DNA from: Cyanophora paradoxa CCMP329
Lineage: Eukaryota; Plantae; Glaucophyta
Assembly (NCBI GenBank): GCA_004431415.1
Contig: QPMI01000411.1
Span: 62,001-126,000, forward strand
Reading direction: 5' to 3'
DNA: 64,000 nt
Position 1 is the stretch's first letter. Each line of letters starts with the position of its first letter. Below the pieces are notes generated by a model. It was not told where the DNA came from. It did no database searches and saw only the letters and a program-made list of their open reading frames with translations. Below are positions 35,887 through 48,031 of this stretch, in pieces. The position numbers and the translations under genes are program-made.

Positions 35887-36985
35887 ATGTCGGAGGCGCA
35901 AGCTGGCACCGTCGCGCAAAGGCTAATGTGTGCTGCTGAGCCCCGCCGGGTGCCGTCGCGGCGGCAGCTAACTGCTGCGACCGGTGCAGCGCGTTCTTCT
36001 CTTTCGTGGCGTGTGCTCTCTTTGTCACTTCGCTCGTTGGCAGCAAGTTCGACAGCTGGGCATCCGTGCGCGCTCGGGAAGCGCCCATGGTCGGCTCTGC
36101 GATTTCGCTGACGGGCCGCCGCGACATAGTACGTCGTGTATGAACAGTCGGAGAAGGGCGACAAGGAGCCAGACTACTTCGGTGAGATCCCGAAGGCGCT
36201 CGCGCGCCGGCCAGGGCGCCGCTGACCGCGCCCGCCGCTGCAGGGACCTACAACCTGATCGACGCCACCTTCTGTGCGCCCGCCGGCGGCCCCGCGCCCC
36301 TCCCCGCGGCTCCGCTGACTGCCGCGAATTCGAAGCGAACACGACGACGAGCGTGACCTTCCCGCTGCGCGAGCTGCCGAAGGTGATCCCCGGCGCCTCC
36401 AGCGCCGTCGGCGACTCCGGGTGCGCGACCCTCCCCGCGGTCGTCAGTTCGGGTCCCTGCCAACGCCGCGCAGCTTCTGCACGCTGTTCTTCCTCTCCGC
36501 CGCGTCGCTGGCCTCGATCTGCTGCTTCGCCAATGGTCCGTCCGCTTCTCGAGCCGCCGCCGGCTCTGCAGCTGGGAGCCGCCGCTGACGCACGCGCCGT
36601 TGCAGTGATCACGTACCGCAAGACGACCTCCGCCAGCGTCGCGACGCTCCTGCTGAGCGTCATCACCCTTGCGTGTGCCGCCGCCGGCATCTACGCGTTC
36701 TTCGGGGTGACCGCCCTAGCCTGGCGCGCGAGAGCGCCGCCGGCGTCCGCTGAGCGCCCGGCGGGCCCGCCTCGGCAGGTGTTTATCGGCGAGGTGCAGA
36801 ACGTGCACGCGCCGTACATCGCGAAGCACGCCGGGGTGGCCTCCTACGCCCCCCGCACCTCCATCCGCCTCTTCCCCTGGTTCTCCGTCGGGGGCGCCGG
36901 CTCCGCCCTCTGCGCCGTCATCGCCTCCGTGGCCGCCGTCGTGCAGAGCACGCACCACCCCGAGCAGTACGCCGCCGTCGCCTGA
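35887..36985 (+). CDS. Four-TM small membrane protein, claudin/PMP22/amastin-like topology, about 217 aa, 8 exons
   Basis: Exons 35887-35927, 35990-36065, 36130-36181, 36244-36273, 36336-36420, 36474-36535, 36606-36706 and 36779-36985 join in frame (654 nt). There are four hydrophobic spans with a large loop after TM1. Confidence 0.7.
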
Positions 36986-37411
36986 GCCACTTCGATCTAG
37001 ATCCGATGATCTGCTGTGCACCAAGAACTGTTGCTGTGCACCGATGATCCGAATTGAATAATCGAGCACTGTTGCTTGCAGCCAGGCCGCGCGCCCCCGC
37101 GGCCGGGTTCGCGCCGCGCCGGCGCCGCAGCGGCGGGCGAGCTATAGCTATAGCGCTAGCTATAGCTATATAGCTAGCCGTCGTATGCAGACGCGTCGAC
37201 GTCGACGTCGATATCGATTTCAGCTCAGCCTCTTGCTGGAGGCAGTTATAAAATTAGCGCTAGGTGTCAGCTGCATGCGCACGAACCTGCGCATGCTGCC
37301 AGGCTGGCCACCCGCAAGCAAAAAGCGAAGCGAGTACGAGCCGGGACGCCGCGTCCTCTATAGGCCTTCCCGGTGACACCGGGCAGCTTGCGGGCCCGGA
37401 TTATACGCGAA

Positions 37412-37483
37412 TGGAGTTGCCGGGGGTCGAACCCGGGGCCTCTTGAATGCAAATCAAGCGCGCTACCACTGCGCTACAACCCC
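37412..37483 (-). tRNA. trnA-UGC: tRNA-Ala(UGC)
   Basis: 72 nt: GGGGTTG/CAACTCC acceptor stem with G3:U70, D-loop TGGTAG, anticodon arm CTTGA-TTTGCAT-TCAAG, T-loop GGTTCGAC. No intron; CAA immediately upstream. Confidence 0.97.
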
Positions 37484-38234
37484 TTGCACTCTTCCGAAAA
37501 AGCTGGGATATGGTTCGGAAACTTCGGACTGCAAAGGGGGCTATAGCTACAGATCGTGTGGTGGGCCGCCTAGCCTAGTAGGCCTGGCGCGCAGGCGGCG
37601 CATGCGCAGCTCCGCGCCGAGCCTTTTAGCCCGGCGGCGGTCGCCAGATTGCGTGGAGCTGGCAGTCGCAGGCCTAGGCTTGCAGCCTCGAGTTGAGCTG
37701 CTGGACGCGTGCAGGTCGGGGGCCGGGGCCGGGTTAGCCGTGGCTTGCGGATTTCATCGATATCATGATCAGCATCGCGCGCGCGGCGTGGTGGCGACCT
37801 CATTGCAAGCATGCGCTCCGGCCGCAGCTAGTTCGGCCCCGGTTGATAAGCGTGATTCCCAGCACGCGCTATATATCCGCGTAGCCGCGGCCGCATGCAA
37901 GCTTGATGTTGCAGTCGACCACGTGCACGCGCGCCGCCCCGCGGCCGAGCGCTAGCTTCCGCCCGACTTCAGGCGTCTCGGCGAGGGACGCGTGCGGGCC
38001 GGGACCGGGTTAGCCGTGGCTCATGGTCAGAGTCGAGGGCAGCCCATGGCCAGCCCGCAGCTGGGCCCATGGCCATCGAAGATTGAGATCGTGATCGACG
38101 TCGACATCGATTAGAGGTCGGCGATTAGATCAGCACTGGGATATGTCTACCTGAGCACTGCGATGTCTCTCCCTCCGCAGCCTCGAATTCCATAGGCCAG
38201 GGCGAGGCGGGGCGGGCGGGGCGGGCGGGGCGGG

Positions 38235-40051
38235 CTAGCTGTGGAGGAGGTGGTGGAGGAGGATGCCGGCGGCGACGCTCACGTTCAGCGAGTCGACGTC
38301 CCCGGGCTCCGGCTCCCGCCGGTCTCGGCCCCCGATGTACAGCAGCCGGTCGCACGCGTTCAGCACGTTCGTCCGCAGCCCGTACGCCTCGTTCCTGCCG
38401 ATCAATTCAGCGAGGGGCCAGCACCGCTCTTTGAGTTCGTGTACCCCAGGACGACGACGGTGGGCCGCTCGACGGTGACCTCCGTGCAGGGTACAGCGTC
38501 CTTCCCGAGGCCCGTGCCCAGCACCTCCCAGCCGTTCGCGCGGCTGTCTTCGAGGAACTTCACTGCGTCGGGGTACCGGTTCGAACCCGACCACGGGGGG
38601 TACGCGCAGGCTGGGCCGCAACGCACTCATGTTGTTGGCGGAGTGGCACACGACGGACTGCCGGCGGGGCGTCAGGCGGGGGCACAGGAACTTCAGGAAG
38701 GGGGATGCGCGCGCGCCTCCATGGCGCCGGAGGATGCCTTGGAGACGGCGGGGGAGAGCGGGGCGGAGTTCTTGGAGCAGACAACGACGCCGTCGGCCCC
38801 GAGGAAGAAGGCCGTGCGCAGGATCGCCCCGAAGTTCTGCGGGTCCCACACCTGCCGGCCGCCGATCAAATCTGCACCCGATCGACTCTTCGGGGGAGAG
38901 GGGGTGACCTGGTCGAGGGCGAGCCAGAGGGGCCAGCGGGTGCGGCCGGAGTCGTCGGGGGCCGGCGGGGCGGCCGGCTCCAGGGACTTGATGAACTTGA
39001 AGGAGAGCGGCCCGACGTCCATCACCAGGCCCTGCGCCCGACGCTCAGCTCCTGCCCGGCCACAGCCCGGGGCGCCTCGCCGGCCCCGCGCGCCTGGTGC
39101 GGGCGGTTCTCCGAGAGCACGTTGAGCACGCCCTTGTCCACGAACTCGATCGGGATCCCCTGCGCCTTCGCCAGCTCCTGTACCCGCGCCCGTCAGATGA
39201 GCCGGGCGCCCTCCCTGGGGCACGCTCGCTGGCTCGCCTCGATCTGGAAGAGCTCGCTCCTGGCGGGCCCCCGCATGAGATGAAAGCCGAGGGCAGAGTC
39301 CGAGCCTAAGGAGCGCGGGCGGCGCACTTGTCCTTCTTCTTCTGGCCGCCGGGGGCGTCCTCGCTCGGCTTCTTGACGTAGAGCTTGTGCAACGCCCGGC
39401 GCTTGTGCGTGAGCGCAGCCAGCACGGGTCCCACCCCGTAGAGGAAGTCCGTCCCCTTCTGCTCCTGCGCACGCGAATCCGAGGCGTGATCACGGGGGGC
39501 GAGAGGACCACGGGCGCCGCTCGGGGCGGCGGGCGCGCACGTCCTTGATGGTGGGCGCCTTCTCTTTGTCCTCCCTGGCCCAGGGACGCGCCTCGCGGTC
39601 GCCACGCCCGCCCCAGCGCCCGCCGCCGCCCCCGTCAAAGCGCCCGCCGGCGCCCCGCTCGCGGCCGCTGCCGCCGTCCCAGCGCCTGCTCGGGCCGCGC
39701 TCGCGCCCGCCGAAACTGCGCTCTTCGCGCTCAAAGCGCTCGCCGCGCTCGCCACGTGACGGGTAGCGCGCCCCCTCTGTGCAGCCGGTCGTGAGTAGGA
39801 TCGGAGCGTACGCGCGGGCGATGCGACCGCGCACCGCGGGCTGGGCGATCGTCGTCCTCGTAGAAACCCCCCGCATTGTAGCTATCGTCCTCCTCGTCGT
39901 ACGAAGCTGAGGCTGCCTTTACGGGCTTCCGCGGCTTGCTGGGGCCTGTGGCCAGCAAGCGAAGTCCCGCGGACCTGCTAGTGAGCAAGCCGAGCTGCTG
40001 GCGGCTTCGAAGGCCCGCGAAACTGCTCACGAACGCGAGAGCTGGCTGCAT
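38235..40051 (-). CDS. SpoU/TrmH-family rRNA 2'-O-methyltransferase (RlmB/MRM1-like), probably organelle-targeted
   Basis: Motifs LYGVGPVLAAL, HQGLVM, LDQVWDPQNFGAILRTAFFLG, SPAVSKASSGAME, VVLGNEAYGLR and VDSLNVSVAAGILL. N-terminus MQPALAFVSSFAGLRSR; RG-rich linker. Confidence 0.92.
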
Positions 40052-40611
40052 TTTCCGAATCTCCTGGGCTGGTGGGTACAGCTCTCTCGGCTTGCGCCCA
40101 GCGACTCTAGATCTGGCACGAGTTAAGCCGCCGCTGAGCGGATCCATATCGAAGCCCATGCTGGTAGGCGCCCCGCCCTTCGCGTGCGGCCCGGATGGAA
40201 GCATCAAGCGCTCGAGAGCTCTGGCTCGCTCCAGCCTTGCCTGCGAGCTCAAGGGCTGTGCGTGTCCAATGAAGAACCGGTGCGTGCATGCATATCGCGT
40301 TCTAGTACTAGCGCCGCAGCGCGCCGCCCAGGACGTCGGGGCAGACCGCCAAGCGCCGGCAGCTTGCAGATGGCGCTCTGGATCCACGGCAGGGTGCGGC
40401 AGGATATTGAACTTGTATGGTATGAGATCCTAAGGGAAGGACAGAAGATCGGGAGCGGCGGAGGGGGCACAGGAGTGCGGGTGGGATTCGGGAGCCGGAG
40501 GGGCTCGAAGGGGGCCGCGGGGGCGGCCTGTGGGTGCGGACGGGAAGTGACGACGCGTGCTGCTCCGGAAAAGCAGCGCGCGCCTGGCGGCGGGCGGGGC
40601 CAAGGCAGCGC

Positions 40612-41365
40612 TCAGGAGGTCGACAGGTGCTTGATCACCTGAGGGCGGGCGTCAGCCCCGCCGGAAGGGAGGAAGGGCGCTGGCGACTGACCCATTCGAG
40701 GCCCTCCTGCAGGCCCTCGCCGGTCTTGGCGGAGCACGCCTGGATCTGCCACGCGCGGTCGCGGATCTCGTCCAGCATCAGCTTCGAGGATATTTCGTCC
40801 GCCGGCAGCGCGTTGAGCAGGTCCTGCTTGTTGGCGAAGACGAGCAGCGGGGCCTTCTTCAGGCCGTCCTCCTCCAGCAGCGTCGAAAGCTCCATCGAAG
40901 TCTCCTCAATACGGCGCGGGTCCGCGCTGTCGATGACGTACACGAGCGCGTTCGTGTTGTCGAAGTAGTTCCGCCTGTGCAGGCCGGCACAGTTAGCCGT
41001 AGCTACTTAGCGGCGCTCGGGCGGGCCGCAGACGCGCCAGTAGGGCCGGATGGTCTTCTGCCCGCCAATGTCCCACATGTTCAGCTTGAAACCCTCCTGC
41101 TGCACGGACTTCACGTTGAAGCCCTGAGTCGGCATGATATGCGAGATGTCCTCGCTGCTGAGCTTCTTCAGGATGGTCGTCTTGCCTGCGCCGCGGGCGG
41201 GCATCGGCCGGTGCAAAAACGGGCCGACTCCGCGGCCATCTGGCGGATGTCCGAATCAACTGCGATCATTCACAGCACCGCACCTGCGTTGTCGAGGCCA
41301 AGCACGAGGATGCGGGCCTCCTTGTCCGACGACTTCAGGCCACGAAGGAGAGTGAGCAGACCCAT
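40612..41365 (-). CDS. ARL3: ADP-ribosylation factor-like GTPase 3
   Basis: [61 protein letters not shown]. Four exons; TGA at 40612. Confidence 0.95.
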
Positions 41366-41499
41366 CCTGACTGTGCAGCTCGTCAGCGATTCCTGCGCGG
41401 CCAGAGGGTGCCGAAAAGTGCAGACCGAAGTTTGTGAACTCTGCCTCCCGTACCCCCGACCGATTCGAGGCCCCCGGAATCGAGGGCCTGCTACCAGCA
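41366..41499. promoter_or_regulatory. Putative bidirectional promoter (ARL3 / TPR protein)
   Basis: Only 134 bp between divergent ATGs. Confidence 0.55.
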
Positions 41500-44400
41500 A
41501 TGGACGGGCGGGAGAGGAGGCGGCGGACTCGCGAGGAGGTCGGTTTCGTGGTCAACGCGGCGCCTTCCAGCCTTTCCCTGGTCGGCACGAGCTCGGCACG
41601 CTGGCCAGCCGCGTGCACGAACGCCCTCTCTATCGACGCGCGACGTGCGGTCAGCAGCCGCCACGCGGATGCGCCCAGCCGCGCCTGCAGCTTCCGGATG
41701 TTCCGCGGCCCGTCATCATCGCCAACCTGCGGCTTCGCGCCGACACCGATCTTCCTCGTTCCCACGGGCTCGCACGTCTCAGCAAGCTCGCTGCGTGTGG
41801 ATAGCTTCGCTGGCGACCGCCGCTTGCTGCGGGCGAGGGGCCGAGTCGGCGAAGGGTTCTTCTACGCCCCCGTCACCGTGCACCTGAACCAGGCGGCGCC
41901 GGAAGATCAGCTCGCGCGGCTCGGCGGAGTGCTTCGGGAGCACGGGGCCGCGATCGGGCAGACGGTCCTCCTCTCCGGATACTTCCGCTTCTTCCGCGTC
42001 GCCTTCGGGCCCGCACAGATCGCGCTCCTCGCCGCCCCGCTCCTCTTCTCTGCGGTCCAGGCGATCCTTGGCGCGCGCTTCGGCGGCGGCGCCGACGGCA
42101 TGGACGCGGGAGGCGTGGGCGAGGGCCCGCTCACGCGGTCCCGCGACGGCGGCGGCGGCGGCGGCGGCAGGAACGGCGGCGGCGGGAAGGACCCCGCGGA
42201 CGTCGCGCGGGCCCTAGAGGTGATATCGGAGCGCATCCGCGCGATAGAAGAGTGGGCGCTCAAGCAGGAGGAGATCGACGGGGAGTTCGCGCGGCGCCAG
42301 GTGCGCTTAGCTTCCTGCCGCCCCGAGCCGAGCCGGCCGCGCAGCCGACGGGGCGGGCAGGTGGAGCTGCTGAACGCGAAGCTGGCGCCGATCCACGAGA
42401 GCTACGCCGTGCTGGAGGACCGCGTCGAGCCGCTGCGCGAGGAGGCGCGCCGCCCGCCGCCCGCCGGCCCTGCAGCGCTCCCGGGCTCACTCGCCCGGCC
42501 GCAGGTGGCGCGGCTGGCGGAGGCGGTGGAGCGGAGCAACGCGGCGCTGGGGCCGGAGGCGGAGGAGGGGCGCCTGGGGGCGCAGCTGGACGCGCTGGAC
42601 GTGCCGCGCCGCGGCGAGGTGAAGGCGCTGGAGGCGAAGATGGCGGTCCTGGTGGACGCCGTGAAGAGCGTGACGGCGCAGCAGGGCGCGCTGGCCGCCC
42701 AGATGACCGACCTCGCCGCCGCCCTCCAGGGCGTCGTCGCGCAGGCCTCGAGCTCCCCCCGCACGCCCTCGGCCGACTCGCCGGGGGCGGCCCCCGAGGC
42801 CCTCGCGCGCGTGGAGCAGCAGCTGCGGCGGCTCGCGGAGGCGCAGGAGGCGACGGCGCTGCGCTTCGACGCGCTCGACGTGGACATGCGCGGCCTGCTC
42901 ACCGAGCAGCGCGCCGCCGCCGACCGCCTCGCCGTCCTCGAGGCCGAGATGGAGCAGATCGCCGGCCCGGGCGCCGCCGCCCGCCGCAGCCTCCCCGCCG
43001 GTGCGCTGTGCCCCCCTCGCCCCTCCCTTCGGAGCGCTGAGGCGGCGGCAGTGAACGAGGAGGAGGACCTGCGGGAGTGGATCCGCAGCATCGAGCAGCG
43101 CCTCTTCTACAGAGTGCGCGCGCCGCCTCGGGCCCCGCTCGCGAGCCTGGGGGCGAGGTGTGCGGCAGGAGGGCGGGGGCCCCGAGGAGGCCCCGGAGGG
43201 CGGCGTGGCGGAGGCAGACGAGCACGAGGAGTTCGAGGGGACCTTCGGCGAGGGCGCAGCGCCCTCCGCCTCCCCCGCCCCCGCCGCCCCCGCCTCCCCC
43301 GCCGTTTCCGGGCGCCTCTCCACGACGGGCCCGGCGAGCCCGGCCCCCGGGACGCCGGGGTCGCCCCCCTCGGCCCCCGAGTTCCCCTACGCCACCCGCG
43401 GCTCCTCCTCCCCCTCCTCCGAGTCCGCCTCCCCCGACCCCGACCCCGAGCCGGCAACCCCCCGCTCCCCGGCCCGCTCCCCCTCCGCCGCCGGCCGCGT
43501 CGCCGCCTCCCCCGGGGCAGCCCGCCGGCGGCGCTCGCCGGCGTCGCCGCGCTCGCCGGCGCCGCAGGCGGGCAGCGGCTGAGCCTCCGGGACGTGGCGT
43601 ACGGCTTCGACCGGAACCCCTTCGTGGTCGGCGCGCCCCGCGACGCCGACAGCGACGACGTCTGGGCCCCTACGAGTTCGGCGGCTCCCCGCCGGCCTCC
43701 AGCGCCGCGGGGGAGGCCGGGAGCCCGCGGCCGGCGGGGCGGGGGCGGGGCGGGGCGGGGCGAGGAGGGGCGGGGCGGGTGGACGAGCCAGATCGCCGGC
43801 TTCTTCTCGACGGTGGCGGAGGCGGTGGGCGAGCCGGACCGCGCCCTCGAGCGCGACGTCACCCTCCAGAGCTACGGGAGCCCCCTCGAGGGGCCCCGCT
43901 CTCCCCGCCCGCCCGCGCCGGCCCGCGCCCGTCCCCGCGACCCCGGGGGCTGCCAGCGCCAGCCCCGCGGCGGCGGGGGCGGGGCGGAGCGGCGACGGGC
44001 GTCGGCGAGCCCGGCGGGGACGAGGAGGAGGCGGCGGCGGCGCGGGCGGAGCGGGCGGCGGCGCTGACGGAGCGGGCGCTGGAGCTGGTGGCGGCGGCGA
44101 AGCGGGCGGGGCGGGAGTGGGGGGCGGGGGAGGGCGCGGGGCGGGACGCGCAGTCGCGGGAGGCGGCGCGGGCGGAGGCGGACGCCCTCTACGAGGAGGC
44201 CTTCGACCTCCTCGAGGTGCCCTCCTGCGCCGAGGCAGCGCTCGCGCCCTCCCGGGGCCTGTGGTCACGCCGGCGGGCCCCGCAGCGCTCCGTCAACCTC
44301 GTGCCGGGCTCCCGCGAGGCCCTCTGGTACTGGGGCACCGCCCTCCTCGCCCAGTCCAAGATCAAGAAGGCCCGCCCGCCCCTCCCTCTTCCTTCCCGGC

Positions 44401-45219
44401 CCCTCACGCCTCCTCTCCGCCCGCAGACCGACGAGGAGAAGGAGCGGGTGCTGCTCGAGGCCGGCGGCCACTACAGGTACCCCGGCACCTCGTCCCCCCC
44501 CCCAGGGGGGCCGCAGCTGACGGGGGTACGCGCAGGGCGCTGATCGTACTGGACCCGCGGAACGTGCGCGCCCTCTTCAACTGGGGCCTCGCCCTCTGCT
44601 ACCGCGCCCGCCTCCGGTACTCCCCCTCCCCCCCGCCCCCCCTTCCCCCGGCCTCTTTTTTTGTTCTTCGTCCGGCGGGGCCTCATACCCCCCTCTTCGC
44701 AGGCCCGAGGGCGGCAAGGACGCCGACTCGTTCTACGGCGCGGCCGTCGAGAAGTTCCAGGTTTGAACCCGCGCGGCTCCCTTTGCATGCGTCCGCCCGG
44801 GCCCCTGAGGGCGCGGGGCAGCGGGCGCTGGTGTACGAGCCGGGGATGAAGGAGGCGCTGAGCAACCTGGGACTGGCGCTGTACAACATGGCGCAGGGGC
44901 GGCGGGCGATGGCGGGGGCGGCGCGGGCCTCAGTGCCGAGCCTGCTCGAGCGCGCCGAGGCGACCTTCCAGGAGGCCCTCGCCGCCGACCCCGAGGACAC
45001 CATGGCCCGCAACGGCGTCCAGCTCTGCAAGGCGCGTCGCGCTCTGCGCGAGGCCGCACGCCGCGCCGCCTGTCTGAACTGGGGGCCCGGGCGCAGGAGG
45101 GGCTGCGCGCGTGGCGGAGGGGCGAGGTGGCCCGCAAGCAGAGCGCCGCCGCCTCGGCCGGCCCCGCCGCGGGGGAGGACGAGGCGGAGGAGGCCGGCAC
45201 CGGCGGCGCCGCCTCCTAG
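41500..45219 (+). CDS. Protein with a transit-peptide-like N-terminus, TM hairpin, coiled coil, low-complexity linker and C-terminal TPR repeats
   Basis: Ser/Arg-rich leader with GFVV, a hydrophobic pair near 41960-42080 and heptad-rich exons. TPRs EALWYWGTALL, ALFNWGLALCYRAR and EALSNLGLALYNMA; TAG at 45217. Confidence 0.7.
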
Positions 45220-46385
45220 TCGTGAATCGAAGTGCAGCTGTGAATGCAAGTGATCGCTTGGGGGGGAAATCTCTTTTTTGACAAGCTGAAGCCTAGAGAC
45301 GCCAAGTTGTCGGGATGAAGCTTAAGCCAGTGGTTCTCCGCCATCCGCTCTGCAATCTTGATCCCCAATATGAAATCCTCATATGCAACGCTGGCCTTAG
45401 CTTCGCCTCATCTTACATTTCCATGGTCAAGCAAGTCGAGCGAAATAGATTTAGACAGACGGGGGCGCCTGAATGCGCAGCTGACTCACAATCATGATCA
45501 TGTGAGGCCAAGCTGGTGAAGCTCGGAGCCTCGAAGGCTGCAGATCTAGACAGAAGCTGCGTGAACGTGCACGTGAACCGCCGAACTGGCCATCAATGCG
45601 TCACCGGGGGCCCGTGCCGCTCTTCTTATTCTTGCAGGCTCGCAGTTCCCGTTGCCGCCGTTCCGCGCGCGCGCGCGCGCGCTCCTTCTGAAGTTCGCAC
45701 CTGTCACCCCGCGCGCCAAGCGACTGGCCCAATTAGATCCGGCTGCTGTACCCCGACTGCTCGGATCCAGGACCGGCCAAGTTGGCGAATGCAGGCTCTC
45801 CGCGCGCGGAACGGCGTGTGTGGCGCTACTCACGTCATTGTAGAGCCTCGACGCACGGCCGCGTGCGTAAAACCGCGCGATGCCAGCGCGTCGTCCGCGA
45901 TGCGCAGATGTCGATGCAGACCCGCGCGCGGTCGCGACTCGCGAGCTGTACGTTCGAGTTGCAGAGGAGAAACTTGCAGCCGTTATGCCCGACGGACGTG
46001 GACGAAGACGCAACTCCTTTCGAAGACAGGTGCGCAGTTGCATGCGCTTGCGGGTTATACGTATAAGCGCAAAGCCCGTGCGAACAGACACCTACTGAGC
46101 ACTGCAGATCGATCGATCGGGAGCACTGCGAGCACTTCTCTTCTCCGCCGTCGCCGTCGTGCGCGGCTTGCGATCGGCGCCGATCGTATCAAAAGCAGTT
46201 TCTTCGCCGCCGATCGCGTCAAGAGCAGAGCGACGCGCAGCCGCAGCCGAGATCCTCAGCGTCGAAGCCGCCGGAATTTTCCCCCGATCCTAGGCCTGCA
46301 GCGCACGTCTCCATCTGCAACTTCGCGCTGAAATCGCGCGCGACAAGACGCCACAAAGCGCCCCCTTTCGAATTCAAATCCGAAG

Positions 46386-48031
46386 ATGCAGCCGCAGCCG
46401 GGCGAGTGGAGCCGGGCGCTGTTTGGCTGCTCCCCCAGCGCCCTGAAGGTCGCAGCGCTCGTCTCGCGCTTCGTGTCAGCAGCGCCCCTCCCAACGTGGC
46501 CAGGCGATGGCCGGTTGAGTTCAAATGCAGACACGGCGCTAGTCTTCTCCAGCGCCTGGTCCTACGGTGCGCTGAATTTTGTCCTGCGTTCGATGGCAAG
46601 AAATTCTTGCGTCATAATCTTCAAAGCAAGCGGTTGCGCATCGGTCCCCGTGTCCGCCAGCGCTACCGGTCTCGTATGATTTAAATCACGACATCGACGC
46701 GTGCGGTGACTGACCCCTCGGTTCGGCAGGCGAGGTGTGGGAGCCGCGGGACAACCTCGGGGACCTCGTGTGCCGCGCCGCCGCCTTCCGCCGCCCCTCG
46801 CGCCCCACCGGATACGGCCCCGCGGGGGCAGCGGCGGCGGCGGCGGCCGTCGAGGAGGCGGCCGGCCTGGACCTCCTCCGCGCCCAGGCCGCCGCCATCG
46901 CCGTCCCCGCCGGCGCCTGCCTCGTCGGCGCCGCCCTCGCCCTCCGGTGCCCGCCCCTGCTCCACCCCGCGGCCCGCCCGCCCCGCCCGACGTCGACCTG
47001 ACCCCGGCCTCGATGCAGGCGGCCGGTCTTCGTGGCCGACATCGCTTCGGCGGAGGGCGCATCCTTCCAGCGCCGCGCCGTCGCCCTCCGCGCCGGCTTC
47101 GTCTCGGGTGCGCCCCGTGCCGATGCCCCTTCCTTTTTTCAAACCAGAGGAAGACGATCAGAAAAGAAAGCCCTTAGAAGCCTTGAAGCTTCATGATCAG
47201 ACGCGGTGCGACCTGTCCCTGACTCGTGCCCGCAGCGGTGGCCTTTCCGGTCTTCCAGAAGGAGGCGGGCCCGCCGGGGCGCCCCTCCCGCGTCGCCTCC
47301 GTCGCCCTCCTCCTCTCCCGCCGCCCCTGCGCCCTCTGCCGCCCCGCCATGGTGCGATCCAGATCCGCCCCCGCCCACCGGGACCCCGGCCCCGCGCTCA
47401 ACGGGCCCCCAGGCGGCCCTGGCGAAGCTCCACGTGCGGCCCGGCAGCGGCGACGCGAACGCAGCCTCGGCGCCCTTCGAGGCCGGCTTCGAGCCGGACG
47501 TCCCCCTGGTCCCATCCCGTCCGCGGCCCGCGCGCGAGCTCGAGCTCGAGCTGAACCTCGCGCAGGACGTGTGCCTCGCGTTCGTGCGGCCGCACGTCGA
47601 GCGGGCGCCGCCCGCGCGGGCGCTGCCGCCGGTGCCCCTCTTCGCCTCGCCGCCGCGCCTGCAGCTGGGCCCGCACCTCGCGATCGCCCTCGACGTCGAC
47701 TCGGACGGGAGCCGCGCGGCGAGCCCCGCGCAGCCGCACCCGGGCCCCGCCTCCCCGGCCTCGCCCCCGTCCCCTCCATCCCCACCTCGCCTTCCCCGCC
47801 AAGCGCCCCGCCGGGGCCGTCGACCCCGAGGTCGAGGCGCTCCTGGGCCACGGCCGCTCCGAGCTCGAGGGGCCCCGGGAGGCCAAGCGGGGGCGGGCGG
47901 GGTCGCCCCCGGCCCCCGGGGACGTCTGCGGGGCGCGGGCCAAGCTGGAGGGCCTCGCCGGCGCCGCCATCCTCCTCGCCTTCCGCCAGCGGCCCCGCGC
48001 CCCCGCCGCCTCTTCCCACTCCCGCCCCTGA
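46386..48031 (+). CDS. Stand-alone GAF-domain protein with a low-complexity C-terminus
   Basis: Spliced WSYGEVWEP..LVC...GACLVGAALALRRPVFVADI...FQRRAVALRAGFVSAVAFPV...VASVALLLSRR matches a bacterial-type GAF pattern. The 3' end is uncertain (48031 or 48090). Confidence 0.65.
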
